Part shown: piece after piece, positions 10,610-24,326 of the stretch
How the letters are laid out: every line of letters begins with the position of its first letter
Position numbering within the stretch: position 1 is the first letter of the stretch
Assembly: GCA_964016885.1 (NCBI GenBank)
Contig: OZ024742.1
Location: 166,718,001-166,782,000, forward strand
Direction of reading: 5' to 3'
Origin: Eledone cirrhosa
Lineage: Eukaryota
Length of the DNA stretch: 64,000 bases
Made by a program: the position numbers and the translations under genes
The notes under the pieces: generated by a model
What the model was told of the DNA's origin: nothing
Database searches by the model: none
The model's input: the letters and a program-made list of their open reading frames with translations, nothing else

Positions 10610-13600
10610 AAAAAAAATCAGGGGGAGATAATTTGTAAAAAAAAATCAGGGGGAGATAATTTCCAGCCGTCCAAGGTAAGATAATTTCCAGCCCTCCAAG
10701 GGGCTATAATTTCCAGCATCCAAGGGGAGATAATTTCCAGCCGTCCAAGGGTAGATAATATCCAGCCGTCCAAGTAGACATATTTTCCAGCCGTCCAAGG
10801 AGAGGTAATTTCTAGCAGTCCAAGGGGAGATAAATTCCAGCCTCCAAGGGGAGATTATTTCCAGCCAGCCAAGGGGAGATAATTTGTAAAAAAATCAGGG
10901 GGAGATAATTTGTAAAAAAAATCAGGGGGAGATAATTTGTAAAAAAAAATCAGGGGGAGATAATTTTTTAAAAAAAAATCAGGGGGAGATAATTTGTAAA
11001 AAAAAAATCAGGGGGAGATAATTTGTAAAAAAAATCAGGGGGAGATAATTTGTAAAAAAAAATCAGGGGTAGATAATTTGTAAAAAAAAATCAGGGGGAG
11101 ATAATTTGTAAAAAAAATCAGGGGGAGATAATTTGTAAAAAAAATCAAGGGGAGATAATTTCCAGCCGTCCAAGGGAAGATAATTTCAAGCCCTCCAAGG
11201 GGCTATAATTTCCAGTGTCCAAGGGGAGATAATTTCCAGCCAGCGAAGGGGAGATAATTTTTTTTTAAAAATCAGGGGGAGATTTGTAAAAAAAATCAGG
11301 GGGAGATAATTTGTAAAAAAAATCAAAGGGAGATAATTTCCAGCCGTCCAAAGAGAGATAATTTCTAGCCGTCCAAGGGGAGATAATTTCGAGCCAAGGG
11401 GAGATAATTTCCAGCCGTCCAAGGGGAGATAATTTTTTAAAAAATCAGGTGGAGATAATTTGTAAAAAAAATCAGGGGGAGATAATTTGTAAAAACAAAA
11501 TCAAGGGCAGATAATTTCCAGCTGTCCAAGGGGAGATAATTTCCAGCCGTGCAAGGGGAGATAATTTCCAGCCGTCCAAGGGGAGATAATTTCCATCCTT
11601 CCAAGGGGAGATAATTTCCAGCCGTCCAAGGGGAGATAATTTCCCGCCAGCCAAGGGAAGATAATTTTTTAAAAAATCAGGCGGAGATTGTAAAAAAAAT
11701 CAGGGGGAGATAATTTGTAAAAAAATCAGGGGGAGATAATTTGTAAAAAAATCAAGGGGAGATAATTTCCAGCTGTCCAAGGGGAGGTAATATCTAGCCG
11801 TCCAAGGGGAGATAATTTCCAGCCGTCCAAGGGGAGATAATTTCCAGCCGTCCAAGGGTAGATAATATCCAGCCGTCCAAGGAGACATATTTTCCAGCCC
11901 TCCAAGGAGAGGTAATTTCTAGCCGTCCAAGTGGAGATAAATTCCAGCCTCCAAGGGGAGATAATTTCCAGCCAGCCAAGGGGAGATAATTTGTAAAAAA
12001 ATCAGGGGGAGATAATTTGTAAAAAAAATCAGGGGGAGATAATTTGTAAAAAAAAATCAGGGGGAGATAATTTGTAAAAAAAATCAGGGGGAGATAATTT
12101 GTAAAAAAAATCAAGGGGAGATAATTTCCAGCCGTCCAAGGGGAGATAATTTTCAGCCGTCCAAGGGGAGATAATTTCCCGCCAGCCAAGGGAAGATAAT
12201 ATTTAAAAAATGAGGCGGAGATAATTTGTAAAAAAAATCAGGGGGAGATAATTTGTAAAAAAATCAGGGGGAGATAATTTGTAAAAAAAAATCAGGGGGA
12301 GATAATTTGTAAAAAAAATTAGGGGGAGATAATTTGTAAAAAAAAATCAGGGGTAGATAATTTGTAAAAAAAAATCAGGGGGAGATAATTTGTAAAAAAA
12401 ATCAGGGGGAGATAATTTGTAAAAAAAATCAAGGGGAGATAATTTCCAGCCGTCCAAGGAGAGATAATTTAAAAAAAAAATCAGGCGGAGATAATTTGTA
12501 AAAAAAAATCAGGGGGAGATAATTTGTAAAAAAAAATCAGGGGGAGATAATTTGTAAAAAAAATCAAGGGGAGATAATTTCCAGCCGTCCAAGGGGAGAT
12601 AATTTTCAGCCGTCCAAGGTGAGATAATTTCCCGCCGTCCAAGGGGAGATAATTTAAAAAAAAAATCAGGCGGAGATAATTTGTAAAAAAAATCAAGGGG
12701 AGATAATTTGCAACCGTCCAAGGGGACATAATTTTCAGTCGTCCAAGGAGAGGTAATTTCTAGCCGTCCAAGGGGAGATAATTTCCAGCCGTCCAAGGGG
12801 AGATAATTTCCAGCCGTCCAAGGGGAGATAATTTTTTTAAAAAAATCAGGCGGAGATAATTTGTAAAAAAAAAATCAGGGGGAGATAATTTGTAAAAAAA
12901 AATCAGGGGGAGATAATTTGTAAAAAAAAATCAGGGGGAGATAATTTCCAGCCGTCCAAGGTAAGATAATTTCCAGCCCTCCAAGGGGCTATAATTTCCA
13001 GCATCCAAGGGGAGATAATTTCCAGCCGTCCAAGGGTAGATAATATCCAGCCGTCCAAGTAGACATATTTTCCAGCCGTCCAAGGAGAGGTAATTTCTAG
13101 CCGTCCAAGGGGAGATAAATTCCAGCCTCCAAGGGGAGATAATTTCCAGCCAGCCAAGGGGAGATAATTTGTAAAAAAATCAGGGGGAGATAATTTGTAA
13201 AAAAAATCAGGGGGAGATAATTTGTAAAAAAAAATCAGGGGGAGATAATTTTTTAAAAAAAAATCAGGGGGAGATAATTTGTAAAAAAAAAATCAGGGGG
13301 AGATAATTTGTAAAAAAAATCAGGGGGAGATAATTTGTAAAAAAAAATCAGGGGTAGATAATTTGTAAAAAAAAATCAGGGGGAGATAATTTGTAAAAAA
13401 AATCAGGGGGAGATAATTTGTAAAAAAAATCAAGGGGAGATAATTTCCAGCCGTCCAAGGGAAGATAATTTCAAGCCCTCCAAGGGGCTATAATTTCCAG
13501 TGTCCAAGGGGAGATAATTTCCAGCCAGCGAAGGGGAGATAATTTTTTTTTAAAAATCAGGGGGAGATTTGTAAAAAAAATCAGGGGGAGATAATTTGTA

Positions 13601-15307
13601 AAAAAAATCAAAGGGAGATAATTTCCAGCCGTCCAAAGAGAGATAATTTCTAGCCGTCCAAGGGGAGATAATTTCGAGCCAAGGGGAGATAATTTCCAGC
13701 CGTCCAAGGGGAGATAATTTTTTAAAAAATCAGGTGGAGATAATTTGTAAAAAAAATCAGGGGGAGATAATTTGTAAAAACAAAATCAAGGGCAGATAAT
13801 TTCCAGCTGTCCAAGGGGAGATAATTTCCAGCCGTGCAAGGGGAGATAATTTCCAGCCGTCCAAGGGGAGATAATTTCCATCCTTCCAAGGGGAGATAAT
13901 TTCCAGCCGTCCAAGGGGAGATAATTTCCCGCCAGCCAAGGGAAGATAATTTTTTAAAAAATCAGGCGGAGATTGTAAAAAAAATCAGGGGGAGATAATT
14001 TGTAAAAAAATCAGGGGGAGATAATTTGTAAAAAAATCAAGGGGAGATAATTTCCAGCTGTCCAAGGGGAGGTAATATCTAGCCGTCCAAGGGGAGATAA
14101 TTTCCAGCCGTCCAAGGGGAGATAATTTCCAGCCGTCCAAGGGTAGATAATATCCAGCCGTCCAAGGAGACATATTTTCCAGCCCTCCAAGGAGAGGTAA
14201 TTTCTAGCCGTCCAAGTGGAGATAAATTCCAGCCTCCAAGGGGAGATAATTTCCAGCCAGCCAAGGGGAGATAATTTGTAAAAAAATCAGGGGGAGATAA
14301 TTTGTAAAAAAAATCAAGGGGAGATAATTTCCAGCCGTCCAAGGGGAGATAATTTTCAGCCGTCCAAGGGGAGATAATTTCCCGCCAGCCAAGGGAAGAT
14401 AATATTTAAAAAATGAGGCGGAGATAATTTGTAAAAAAAATCAGGGGGAGATAATTTGTAAAAAAAAATCAGGGGGAGATAATTTGTAAAAAAAATCAGG
14501 GGGAGATAATTTGTAAAAAAAATCAAGGGGAGATAATTTCCAGCCGTCCAAGGGGAGATAATTTTCAGCCGTCCAAGGGGAGATAATTTCCCGCCAGCCA
14601 AGGGAAGATAATATTTAAAAAATGAGGCGGAGATAATTTGTAAAAAAAATCAGGGGGAGATAATTTGTAAAAAAATCAGGGGGAGATAATTTGTAAAAAA
14701 AAATCAGGGGGAGATAATTTGTAAAAAAAATTAGGGGGAGATAATTTGTAAAAAAAAATCAGGGGTAGATAATTTGTAAAAAAAAATCAGGGGGAGATAA
14801 TTTGTAAAAAAAATCAGGGGGAGATAATTTGTAAAAAAAATCAAGGGGAGATAATTTCCAGCCGTCCAAGGAGAGATAATTTTAAAAAAAAATCAGGCGG
14901 AGATAATTTGTAAAAAAAAATCAGGGGGAGATAATTTGTAAAAAAAAATCAGGGGGAGATAATTTGTAAAAAAAATCAAGGGGAGATAATTTCCAGCCGT
15001 CCAAGGGGAGATAATTTTCAGCCGTCCAAGGTGAGATAATTTCCCGCCGTCCAAGGGGAGATAATTTAAAAAAAAAATCAGGCGGAGATAATTTGTAAAA
15101 AAAATCAAGGGGAGATAATTTGCAACCGTCCAAGGGGACATAATTTTCAGTCGTCCAAGGAGAGGTAATTTCTAGCCGTCCAAGGGGAGATAATTTCCAG
15201 CCGTCCAAGGGGAGATAATTTCCAGCCGTCCAAGGGGAGATAATTTTTTTTTAAAAATCAGGCGGAGATAATTTGTAAAAAAAAAATCAGGGGGAGATAA
15301 TTTGTAA
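10610..15307 (+). repeat. ~2.3-kb direct tandem duplication (offset 2285, rising to 2412 after a 127-bp insertion in the second copy)
   Basis: GGTAAG occurs at 10675 and 12960. ORFs 11186/13471 (2285) and 12509/14921 (2412) match. Both copies share AAGGTGAGATAATTTCCCGCCGTCC (~12616/15028). The segment is single-copy in macro copy 2 (~48580-50870). Confidence 0.88.
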
Positions 15308-18300
15308 AAAAAAATCAGGGGGAGATAATTTGTAAAAAAAAATCAGGGGGAGATAATTTGTAAAAAAAATCAAGGGGAGATAATTTCCAGCCGTCCAAGG
15401 GAAGATAATTTCCAGCCCTCCAAGGGGCTATAATTTCCAGCGTCCAAGGGGAGATAATTTCCAGCCAGCGAAGGGGAGATAATTGTTTTAAAAAAATCAT
15501 TGGGAGATTTGTAAAAAAAAATCAGGGGGAGATAATTAATAAAAAAAATCAAGGGGAGATAATTCCAGCCGTCCAAGGGGAGGTAATATCTAGCCGTCCA
15601 AGGGGAGATAATTTCCAGCCGTCCAAGGGGAGATAATTTCCAGCCGTCCAAGGGTAGATAATATCCAGCCGTCCAAGGAGACATATTTTCCAGCCGTCCA
15701 AGGAGAGGTAATTTCTAGCCGTCCAAGGGGAGATAAATTCCAGCCTCCAAGGGGAGATAATTTCCAGCCAGCCAAGGGGAGATAATTTGTAAAAAAATCA
15801 GGGGGAGATAATTTGTAAAAAAAGTCAGGGGTAGATAATTTGTAAAAAAAAATCAGGGGGAGATAATTTGTAAAAAAAAATCAGGGGGAGATAATTTGTA
15901 AAAAAAATCAAGGGGAGATAATTTCCAGCCGTCCAAGGAGAGATAATTTTTAAAAAAAAATCAGGCGGAGATAATTTGTAAAAAAAAATCAGGGGGAGAT
16001 AATTTGTAAAAAAAAATAAGGGGGAGATAATTTGTAAAAGAAATCAAGGGGAGATAATTTCCAGCCGTCCAAGGGGAGATAATTTCCAGCCGTCCAAGGG
16101 GAGATAAATTTTTTAAAAAAATCAGGCGGAGATAATTTGTAAAAAAAATCAGGGGGAGATAATTTGTAAAAAAAAATCAGGGGGAGATAATTTGTAAAAA
16201 AAAATCAGGGGGAGATAATTTCCAGCCGTCCAAGGTAAGATAATTTCCAGCCCTCCAAGGGGCTATAATTTCCAGCATCCAAGGGGAGATAATTTCCAGC
16301 CGTCCAAGGGTAGATAATATCCAGCCGTCCAAGTAGACATATTTTCCAGCCGTCCAAGGAGAGGTAATTTCTAGCCGTCCAAGGGGAGATAAATTCCAGC
16401 CTCCAAGGGGAGATAATTTCCAGCCAGCCAAGGGGAGATAATTTGTAAAAAAATCAGGGGGAGATAATTTGTAAAAAAAATCAGGGAGATAATTTGTAAA
16501 AAAAAATCAGGGGGAGATAATTTGTAAAAAAAAATCAGGGGGAGATAATTTCCAGCCGTCCAAGGGGAGATAATTTTCAGCCGTCCAAGGGTAGATAATA
16601 TCCAGCCGTCCAAGTAGACATTTTCCAGCCGTCCAAGGAGAGGTAATTTCTAGCCGTCCAAGGGGAGATAAATTCCAGCCTCCAAGGGGAGATAATTTCC
16701 AGCCAGCCAAGGGGAGATAATTTGTAAAAAAATCAGGGGGAGATAATTTGTAAAAAAAATCAGGGGGAGATAATTTGTAAAAAAAAATCAGGGGGAGATA
16801 ATTTTTAAAAAAAAAATCAGGGGGAGATAATTTGTAAAAAAAAATCAGGGGGAGATAATTTGTAAAAAAAATCAAGGGGAGATAATTTCCAGCCGTCCAA
16901 GGGGAGATAATTTTCAGCCGTCCAAGGGGAGATAATTTCCAGACGTCCAAGGGGAGATAATTTCCATCCTTCCAAGGGGAGATAATTTCCAGCCTTCCAA
17001 GGGGAGATAATTTTCAGCCGTCCAAGGGGAGATAATTTCCCGCCAGCCAAGGGAAGATAATATTTTAAAAAATCAGGCGGAGATAATTTGTAAAAAAAAT
17101 CAGGGGGAGATAATTTGTAAAAAAATCAGGGGGAGATAATTTGTAAAAAAAAAATCAGGGGGAGATAATTTGTAAAAAAAATCAGGGGGAGATAATTTGT
17201 AAAAAAAAATCAGGGGTAGATAATTTGTAAAAAAAAATCAGGGGGAGATAATTTGTAAAAAAAAAATCAGGGGGAGATAATTTGTAAAAAAAATCAAGGG
17301 GAGATAATTTCCAGCCGTCCAAGGAGAGATAATTTTTAAAAAAAATCAGGCGAAGATAATTTGTAAAAAAAAATCAAGGGGAGATAATTTGTAAAAAAAA
17401 ATCAGGGGGAGATAATTTGTAAAAAAATCAAGGGGAGATAATTTCCAGCCGTCCAAGGGAAGATAATTTCCAGCACTCCAAGGGGCTATAATTTCCAGTG
17501 TCCAAGGGGAGATAATTTCCAGCCAGCGAAGGGGAGATAATTTTTTTAAAAAAATCAGGGGGAGATATGTAAAAAAAATCAGAGGGAGATAATTTCTAAA
17601 AAAAATCAAAGGGAGATAATTTCCAGCCGTCCAAAGAGAGATAATTTCTAGCCGTCCAAGGGGAGATAATTTCCAGCCAAGGGGAGATAATTTCCAGCCG
17701 TCCAAGGGGAGATAATTATTTAAAAAATCAGGTGGAGATAATTTGTAAAAAAAATCAGGGGGAGATAATTTGTAAAAACAAAATCAAGGGCAGATAATTT
17801 CCAGCTGTCCAAGGGGAGATAATTTCCAGCCGTGCAAGGGGAGATAATTTCCAGCCGTCCAAGGGGAGATAATTTCCATCCTTCCAAGGGGAGATAATCT
17901 CCAGCCGTCCAAGGGGAGATAATTTCCCGCCAGCCAAGGGAAGATAATTTTTAAAAAAATCAGGCGGAGATTGTAAAAAAAATCAGGGGGAGATAATTTG
18001 TAAAAAAATCAGGGGGAGATAATTTGTAAAAAAAAAATCAGGGGAGATAATTTGTAAAAAAAAAATCAGGGGGAGATAATTTGTAAAAAAAATCAGGGGT
18101 AGATAATTTGTAAAAAAAAATCAGGGGGAGATAATTTGTAAAAAAAAATCAGTGGGAGATAATTTGTAAAAAAATCAAGGGGAGATAATATGCAGCCGTC
18201 CAAGGGGAGATAATTTTCAGCCGTCCAAGGAGAGTTAATTTCTAGCCGTCCAAGGGGAGATAATTTCCAGCCGTCCAAGGGGAGATAATTTCCAGCCGTC

Positions 18301-20409
18301 CAAGGGGAGATAGTTTTTTTAAAAAAATCAGGCGGAGATAATTTGTAAAAAAAAAATCAGGGGGAGATAATTTGTAAAAAAAAATCAGGGGGAGATAATT
18401 TGTAAAAAAAAATCAAGGGGAGATAATTTGTAAAAAAAATCAGGGGGAGATAATTAGTAAAAAAATCAAGGGGAGATAATTTCCAGCCGTCCAAGGGGAG
18501 GTAATATCTAGCCGTCCAAGGGGAGATAATTTCCAGCCGTCCAAGGGGAGATAATTTCCAGCCGTCCAAGGGTAGATAATATCCAGCCGTCCAAGTAGAC
18601 ATATTTTCCAGCCGTCCAAGGAGAGGTAATTTCTAGCCGTCCAAGGGGAGATAAATTCCAGCCTCCAAGGGGAGATAATTTCCAGCAAGCCAAGGGGAGA
18701 TAATTTGTAAAAAAATCAGGGGGAGATAATTTGTAAAAAAAATCAGGGGGAGATAATTTGTAAAAAAAAATCAGGGGGAGATAATTTGTAAAAAAAATCA
18801 GGGGGAGATAATTTGTAAAAAAAAATCAGGGGGAGATAATTTGTAAAAAAAAATCAGGGGGAGATAATTTGTAAAAAAAAATCAGGGGGAGATAATTTGT
18901 AAAAAAAATCAAGGGGAGATAATTTCCAGCCGTCCAAGGGGAGATAATTTCCAGCCGTCCAAGGGGAGGTAATATCTAGCCGTCCAAGGGGAGATAATTT
19001 CCAGCCGTCCAAGAGGAGATAATTTCCAGCCGTCCAAGGGAAGATAATTTCAAGCCCTCCAAGGGGCTATAATTTCCAGTGTCCAAGGGGAGATAATTTC
19101 CAGCCAGCGAAGGGGAGATAATTTTTTTTTAAAAATCAGGGGGAGATTTGTAAAAAAAATCAGGGGGAGATAATTTGTAAAAAAAATCAAGGGGAGATAA
19201 TTTCCAGCCGTCGAAGGGAAGATAATTTCCAGCCCTCCAAGGGGCTATAATTTCCAGCGTCCAAGGGGAGATAATTTCCAGCCAGCGAAGGGGAGATAAT
19301 TTTTTAAAAAAAATCATTGGGAGATTTGTAAAAAAAATCAGGGAGAGATAATTTGTAAAAAAAATCAAGGGGAGATAATTTCCAGCCGTCCAAGGGGAGG
19401 TAATATCTAGCCGTCCAAGGGGAGATAATTTCCAGCCGTCCAAGGGGAGATAATTTCCAGCCGTCCAAGGGTAGATAATATCCAGCCGTCCAAGTAGACA
19501 TTTTCCAGCCGTCCAAGGAGAGGTAATTTCTAGCCGTCCAAGGGGAGATAAATTCCAGCCTCCAAGGGGAGATAATTTCCAGCCAGCCAAGGGGAGATAA
19601 TTTGTAAAAAAATCAGGGGGAGATAATTTGTAAAAAAAATCAGGGGGAGATAATTTGTAAAAAAAAATCAGGGGGAGATAATTTGTAAAAAAAATCAAGG
19701 GGAGATAATTTGCAGCCGTCCAAGGGGAGATAATTTTCAGCCGTCCAAGGAGAGGTAATTTCTAGCCGTCCAAGGTGAGATAATATCCAGCCGTCCAAGG
19801 GGAGATAATTTCCAGCCGTCCAAGGGGAGATAATTTAAAAAAAAAAACAGGCGAAGATAATTTGTAAAAAAAAAATCAGGGGGAGATAATTTGTAAAAAA
19901 AAATCAGGGGGAGATAATTTGTAAAAAAAAATCAGAGGGAGGTAATTTGTAAAAAAAATCAAGGGGAGATAATTTCCAGCCGTCCAAGGGAAGATAATTT
20001 CCAGCCGTCCAAGAAGAGATAATTTTAAAAAAAAATCAGGCGGAGATAATTTGTAAAAAAAATCAGGGGGAGATAATTTGTAAAAAAAAATCAGGGGGAG
20101 ATAATTTGTAAAAAAAATCAAGGGGAGATAATTTCCAGCCGTCCAAGGGGAGATAATTTTCAGCCGTCCAAGGGGAGATAATTTCCAGCCGTCCAAGGGG
20201 AGATAATTTTAAAAAAAAATCAGGCGGAGATAATTTGTAAAAAAAATCAAGGGGAGATAATTTGCAACCGTCCAAGGGGACATAATTTTCAGTCGTCCAA
20301 GGAGAGGTAATTTCTAGCCGTACAAGGGGAGATAATTTCCAGCCGTCCAAGGGGAGATAATTTCCAGCCGTCCAAGGGGAGACAATTTTTTTTTTAAAAT
20401 CAGGCGGAG

Positions 20410-23400
20410 ATAATTTGTAAAACAAATCAGGGGGAGATAATTTGTAAAAAAAAATCAGGGGGAGATAATTTGTAAAAAAAAATCAGGGGGAGATAATTTG
20501 TAAAAAAAATCAAGGAGAGATAATTTCCAGCCGTCCAAGGGAAGATAATTTCAAGCCCTCCAAGGGGCTATAATTTCCAGTGTCCAAGGGGAGATAATTT
20601 CCAGCCAGCGAAGAGGAGATAATTTTTTTTTTTAAATCAGGGGGAGATTTGTAAAAAAAATCAAGGGGAGACAATTTGTAAAAAAAATCAAAGGGAGATA
20701 ATTTCCAGCCGTCCAAAGAGAGATAATTTCTAGCCGTCCAAGGGGAGATAATTTCGAGCCAAGGTGGAGATAATTTCCAGCCGTACAAGGGGAGATAATT
20801 TTTTAAAAAATCAGGTGGAGATAATTTGTAAAAAAAATCAGGGGGAGATAATTTGTAAAAACAAAATCAAGGGCAGATAATTTCCAGCTGTCCAAGGGGA
20901 GATAATTTCCAGCCGTGCAAGGGGAGATAATTTCCAGCCGTCCAAGGGGAGATAATTTCCATCCTTCCAAGGGGAGATAATTTCCAGCCGTCCAAGGGGA
21001 GATAATTACCCGCCAGCCAAGGGAAGATAATTTTTTACAAAATCAGGCGGAGATTGTAAAAAAAATCAGGGGGAGATAATTTGTAAAAAAATCAGGGGGA
21101 GATAATTTGTAAAAAAATCAAGGGGAGATAATTTCCAGCCGTCCAAGGGGAGGTAATATCTAGCCGTCCAAGGGGAGATAATTTCCAGCCGTCCAAGGGG
21201 AGATAATTTCCAGCCGTCCAAGGGTAGATAATATCCAGCCGTCCAAGGAGACATATTTTCCAGCCGTCCAAGGAGAGGTAATTTCTAGCCGTCCAAGGGG
21301 AGATAAATTCCAGCCTCCAAGGGGACATAATTTCCAGCCAGCCAAGGGGAGATAATTTGTAAAAAAATCAGGGGGAGATAATTTTTAAAAAAAATCAGGG
21401 GGAGATAATTTGTAAAAAAAAATCAGGGGGAGATAATTTGTAAAAAAAATCAGGGGGAGATAATTTGTAAAAAAAATCAAGGGGAGATAATTTCCAGCCG
21501 TCCAAGGGGAGATAATTTTCAGCCGTCCAAGGGGAGATAATTTCCCGCCAGCCAAGGGAAGATAATATTTAAAAAATGAGGCGGAGATAATTTGTAAAAA
21601 AAATCAGGGGGAGATAATTTGTAAAAAAATCAGGGGGAGATAATTTGTAAAAAAAAATCAGGGGGAGATAATTTGTAAAAAAAATCAGGGGGAGATAATT
21701 TGTAAAAAAAATCAGGGGTAGATAATTTGTAAAAAAAAATCAGGGGGAGATAATTTGTAAAAAAAATCAAGGGGAGATAATTTCCAGCCGTCCAAGGGAA
21801 GATAATTTCAAGCCCTCCAAGGGGCTATAATTTCCAGTGTCCAAGGGGAGATAATTTCCAGCCAGCGAAGGGGAGATAATTTTTTTTTAAAAATCAGGGG
21901 GAGATTTGTAAAAAAAATCAGGGGGAGATAATTTGTAAAAAAAATCAAGGGGAGATAATTTCCAGCCGTCGAAGGGAAGATAATTTCCAGCCCTCCAAGG
22001 GGCTATAATTTCCAGCGTCCAAGGGGAGATAATTTCCAGCCAGCGAAGGGGAGATAATTTTAAAAAAAAAATCATTGGGAGATTTGTAAAAAAAATCAGG
22101 GAGAGATAATTTGTAAAAAAAATCAAGGGGAGATAATTTCCAGCCGTCCAAGGGGAGGTAATATCTAGCCGTCCAAGGGGAGATAATTTCCAGCCGTCCA
22201 AGGGGAGATAATTTCCAGCCGTCCAAGGGTAGATAATATCCAGCCGTCCAAGTAGACATTTTCCAGCCGTCCAAGGAGAGGTAATTTCTAGCCGTCCAAG
22301 GGAAGATAAATTCCAGCCTCCAAGGGGAGATAATTTCCAGCCAGCCAAGGGGAGATAATTTGTAAAAAAATCAGGGGGAGATAATTTGTAAAAAAAATCA
22401 GGGGGAGATAATTTGTAAAAAAAAATCATGGGGAGATAATTTGTAAAAAAAAATCAGGGGGAGATAATTTGTAAAAAAAAATCAGGGGGAGATAATTTGT
22501 AAAAAAAATCAAGGGGAGATAATTTCCAGCCGTCCAAGGGGAGATAATTTCCAGCCGTCCAAGGGGAGATAATTTCCATCCTTCCAAGGGGAGATAATTT
22601 CCAGCCTTCCAAGGGGAGATAATTTTCAGCCGTCCAAGGGGAGATAATTTCCCGCCAGCCAAGGGAAGATAATATTTTAAAAAATCAGCCGGAGGTAATT
22701 TGTAAAAAAAATCAGGGGGAGATAATTTGTAAAAAAATCAGGGGGAGATAATTTGTAAAAAAAATCAGGGGGAGATAATTTGTAAAAAAAAATCAGGGGG
22801 AGATAATTTGTAAAAAAAAATCAGGGGGAGATAATTTGTAAAAAAAAATCAGGGGGAGATAATTTGTAAAAAAAATCAAGGGGAGATAATTTCCAGCCGT
22901 CCAAGGGGAGATAATTTCCAGCCGTCCAAGGGGAGGTAATATCTAGCCGTCCAAGGGGAGATAATTTCCAGCCGTCCAAGAGGAGATAATTTCCAGCCGT
23001 CCAAGGGAAGATAATTTCAAGCCCTCCAAGGGGCTATAATTTCCAGTGTCCAAGGGGAGATAATTTCCAGCCAGCGAAGGGGAGATAATTTTTTTTTAAA
23101 AATCAGGGGGAGATTTGTAAAAAAAATCAGGGGGAGATAATTTGTAAAAAAAATCAAGGGGAGATAATTTCCAGCCGTCGAAGGGAAGATAATTTCCAGC
23201 CCTCCAAGGGGCTATAATTTCCAGCGTCCAAGGGGAGATAATTTCCAGCCAGCGAAGGGGAGATAATTTTTTTAAAAAAATCATTGGGAGATTTGTAAAA
23301 AAAATCAGGGAGAGATAATTTGTAAAAAAAATCAAGGGGAGATAATTTCCAGCCGTCCAAGGGGAGGTAATATCTAGCCGTCCAAGGGTAGATAATATCC

Positions 23401-24326
23401 AGCCGTCCAAGTAGACATTTTCCAGCCGTCCAAGGAGAGGTAATTTCTAGCCGTCCAAGGGGAGATAAATTCCAGCCTCCAAGGGGAGATAATTTCCAGC
23501 CAGCCAAGGGGAGATAATTTGTAAAAAAATCAGGGGGAGATAATTTGTAAAAAAAATCAGGGGGAGATAATTTGTAAAAAAAAATCAGGGGGAGATAATT
23601 TGTAAAAAAAATCAAGGGGAGATAATTTGCAGCCGTCCAAGGGGAGATAATTTTCAGCCGTCCAAGGAGAGGTAATTTCTAGCCGTCCAAGGTGAGATAA
23701 TATCCAGCCGTCCAAGGGGAGATAATTTCCAGCCGTCCAAGGGGAGATAATTTAAAAAAAAAAACAGGCGAAGATAATTTGTAAAAAAAAAATCAGGGGG
23801 AGATAATTTGTAAAAAAAAATCAGGGGGAGATAATTTGTAAAAAAAAATCAGAGGGAGGTAATTTGTAAAAAAAATCAAGGGGAGATAATTTCCAGCCGT
23901 CCAAGGGAAGATAATTTCCAGCCGTCCAAGGAGAGATAATTTTAAAAAAAAATCAGGCGGAGATAATTTGTAAAAAAAATCAGGGGGAGATAATTTGTAA
24001 AAAAAAATCAGGGGGAGATAATTTGTAAAAAAAATCAAGGGGAGATAATTTCCAGCCGTCCAAGGGGAGATAATTTTCAGCCGTCCAAGGGGAGATAATT
24101 TCCAGCCGTCCAAGGGGAGATAATTTAAAAAAAAAATCAGGCGGAGATAATTTGTAAAAAAAATCAAGGGGAGATAATTTGCAACCGTCCAAGGGGACAT
24201 AATTTTCAGTCATCCAAGGAGAGGTAATTTCTAGCCGTACAAGGGGAGATAATTTCCAGCCGTCCAAGGGGAGATAATTTCCAGCCGTCCAAGGGGAGAC
24301 AATTTTTTTTTTAAAATCAGGCGGAG
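20410..24326 (+). repeat. 3917-bp composite segment found only in macro copy 1: ~2.3 kb matching 27747-30100 followed by ~1.6 kb matching 18750-20420
   Basis: ORFs 20510/27847 and 21066/28403 match at offset 7337. ORFs 19129/23096 (3967) and 19876/23793 (3917) match. The macro-copy offset drops from 35587 to 31670 across this segment. Confidence 0.85.
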
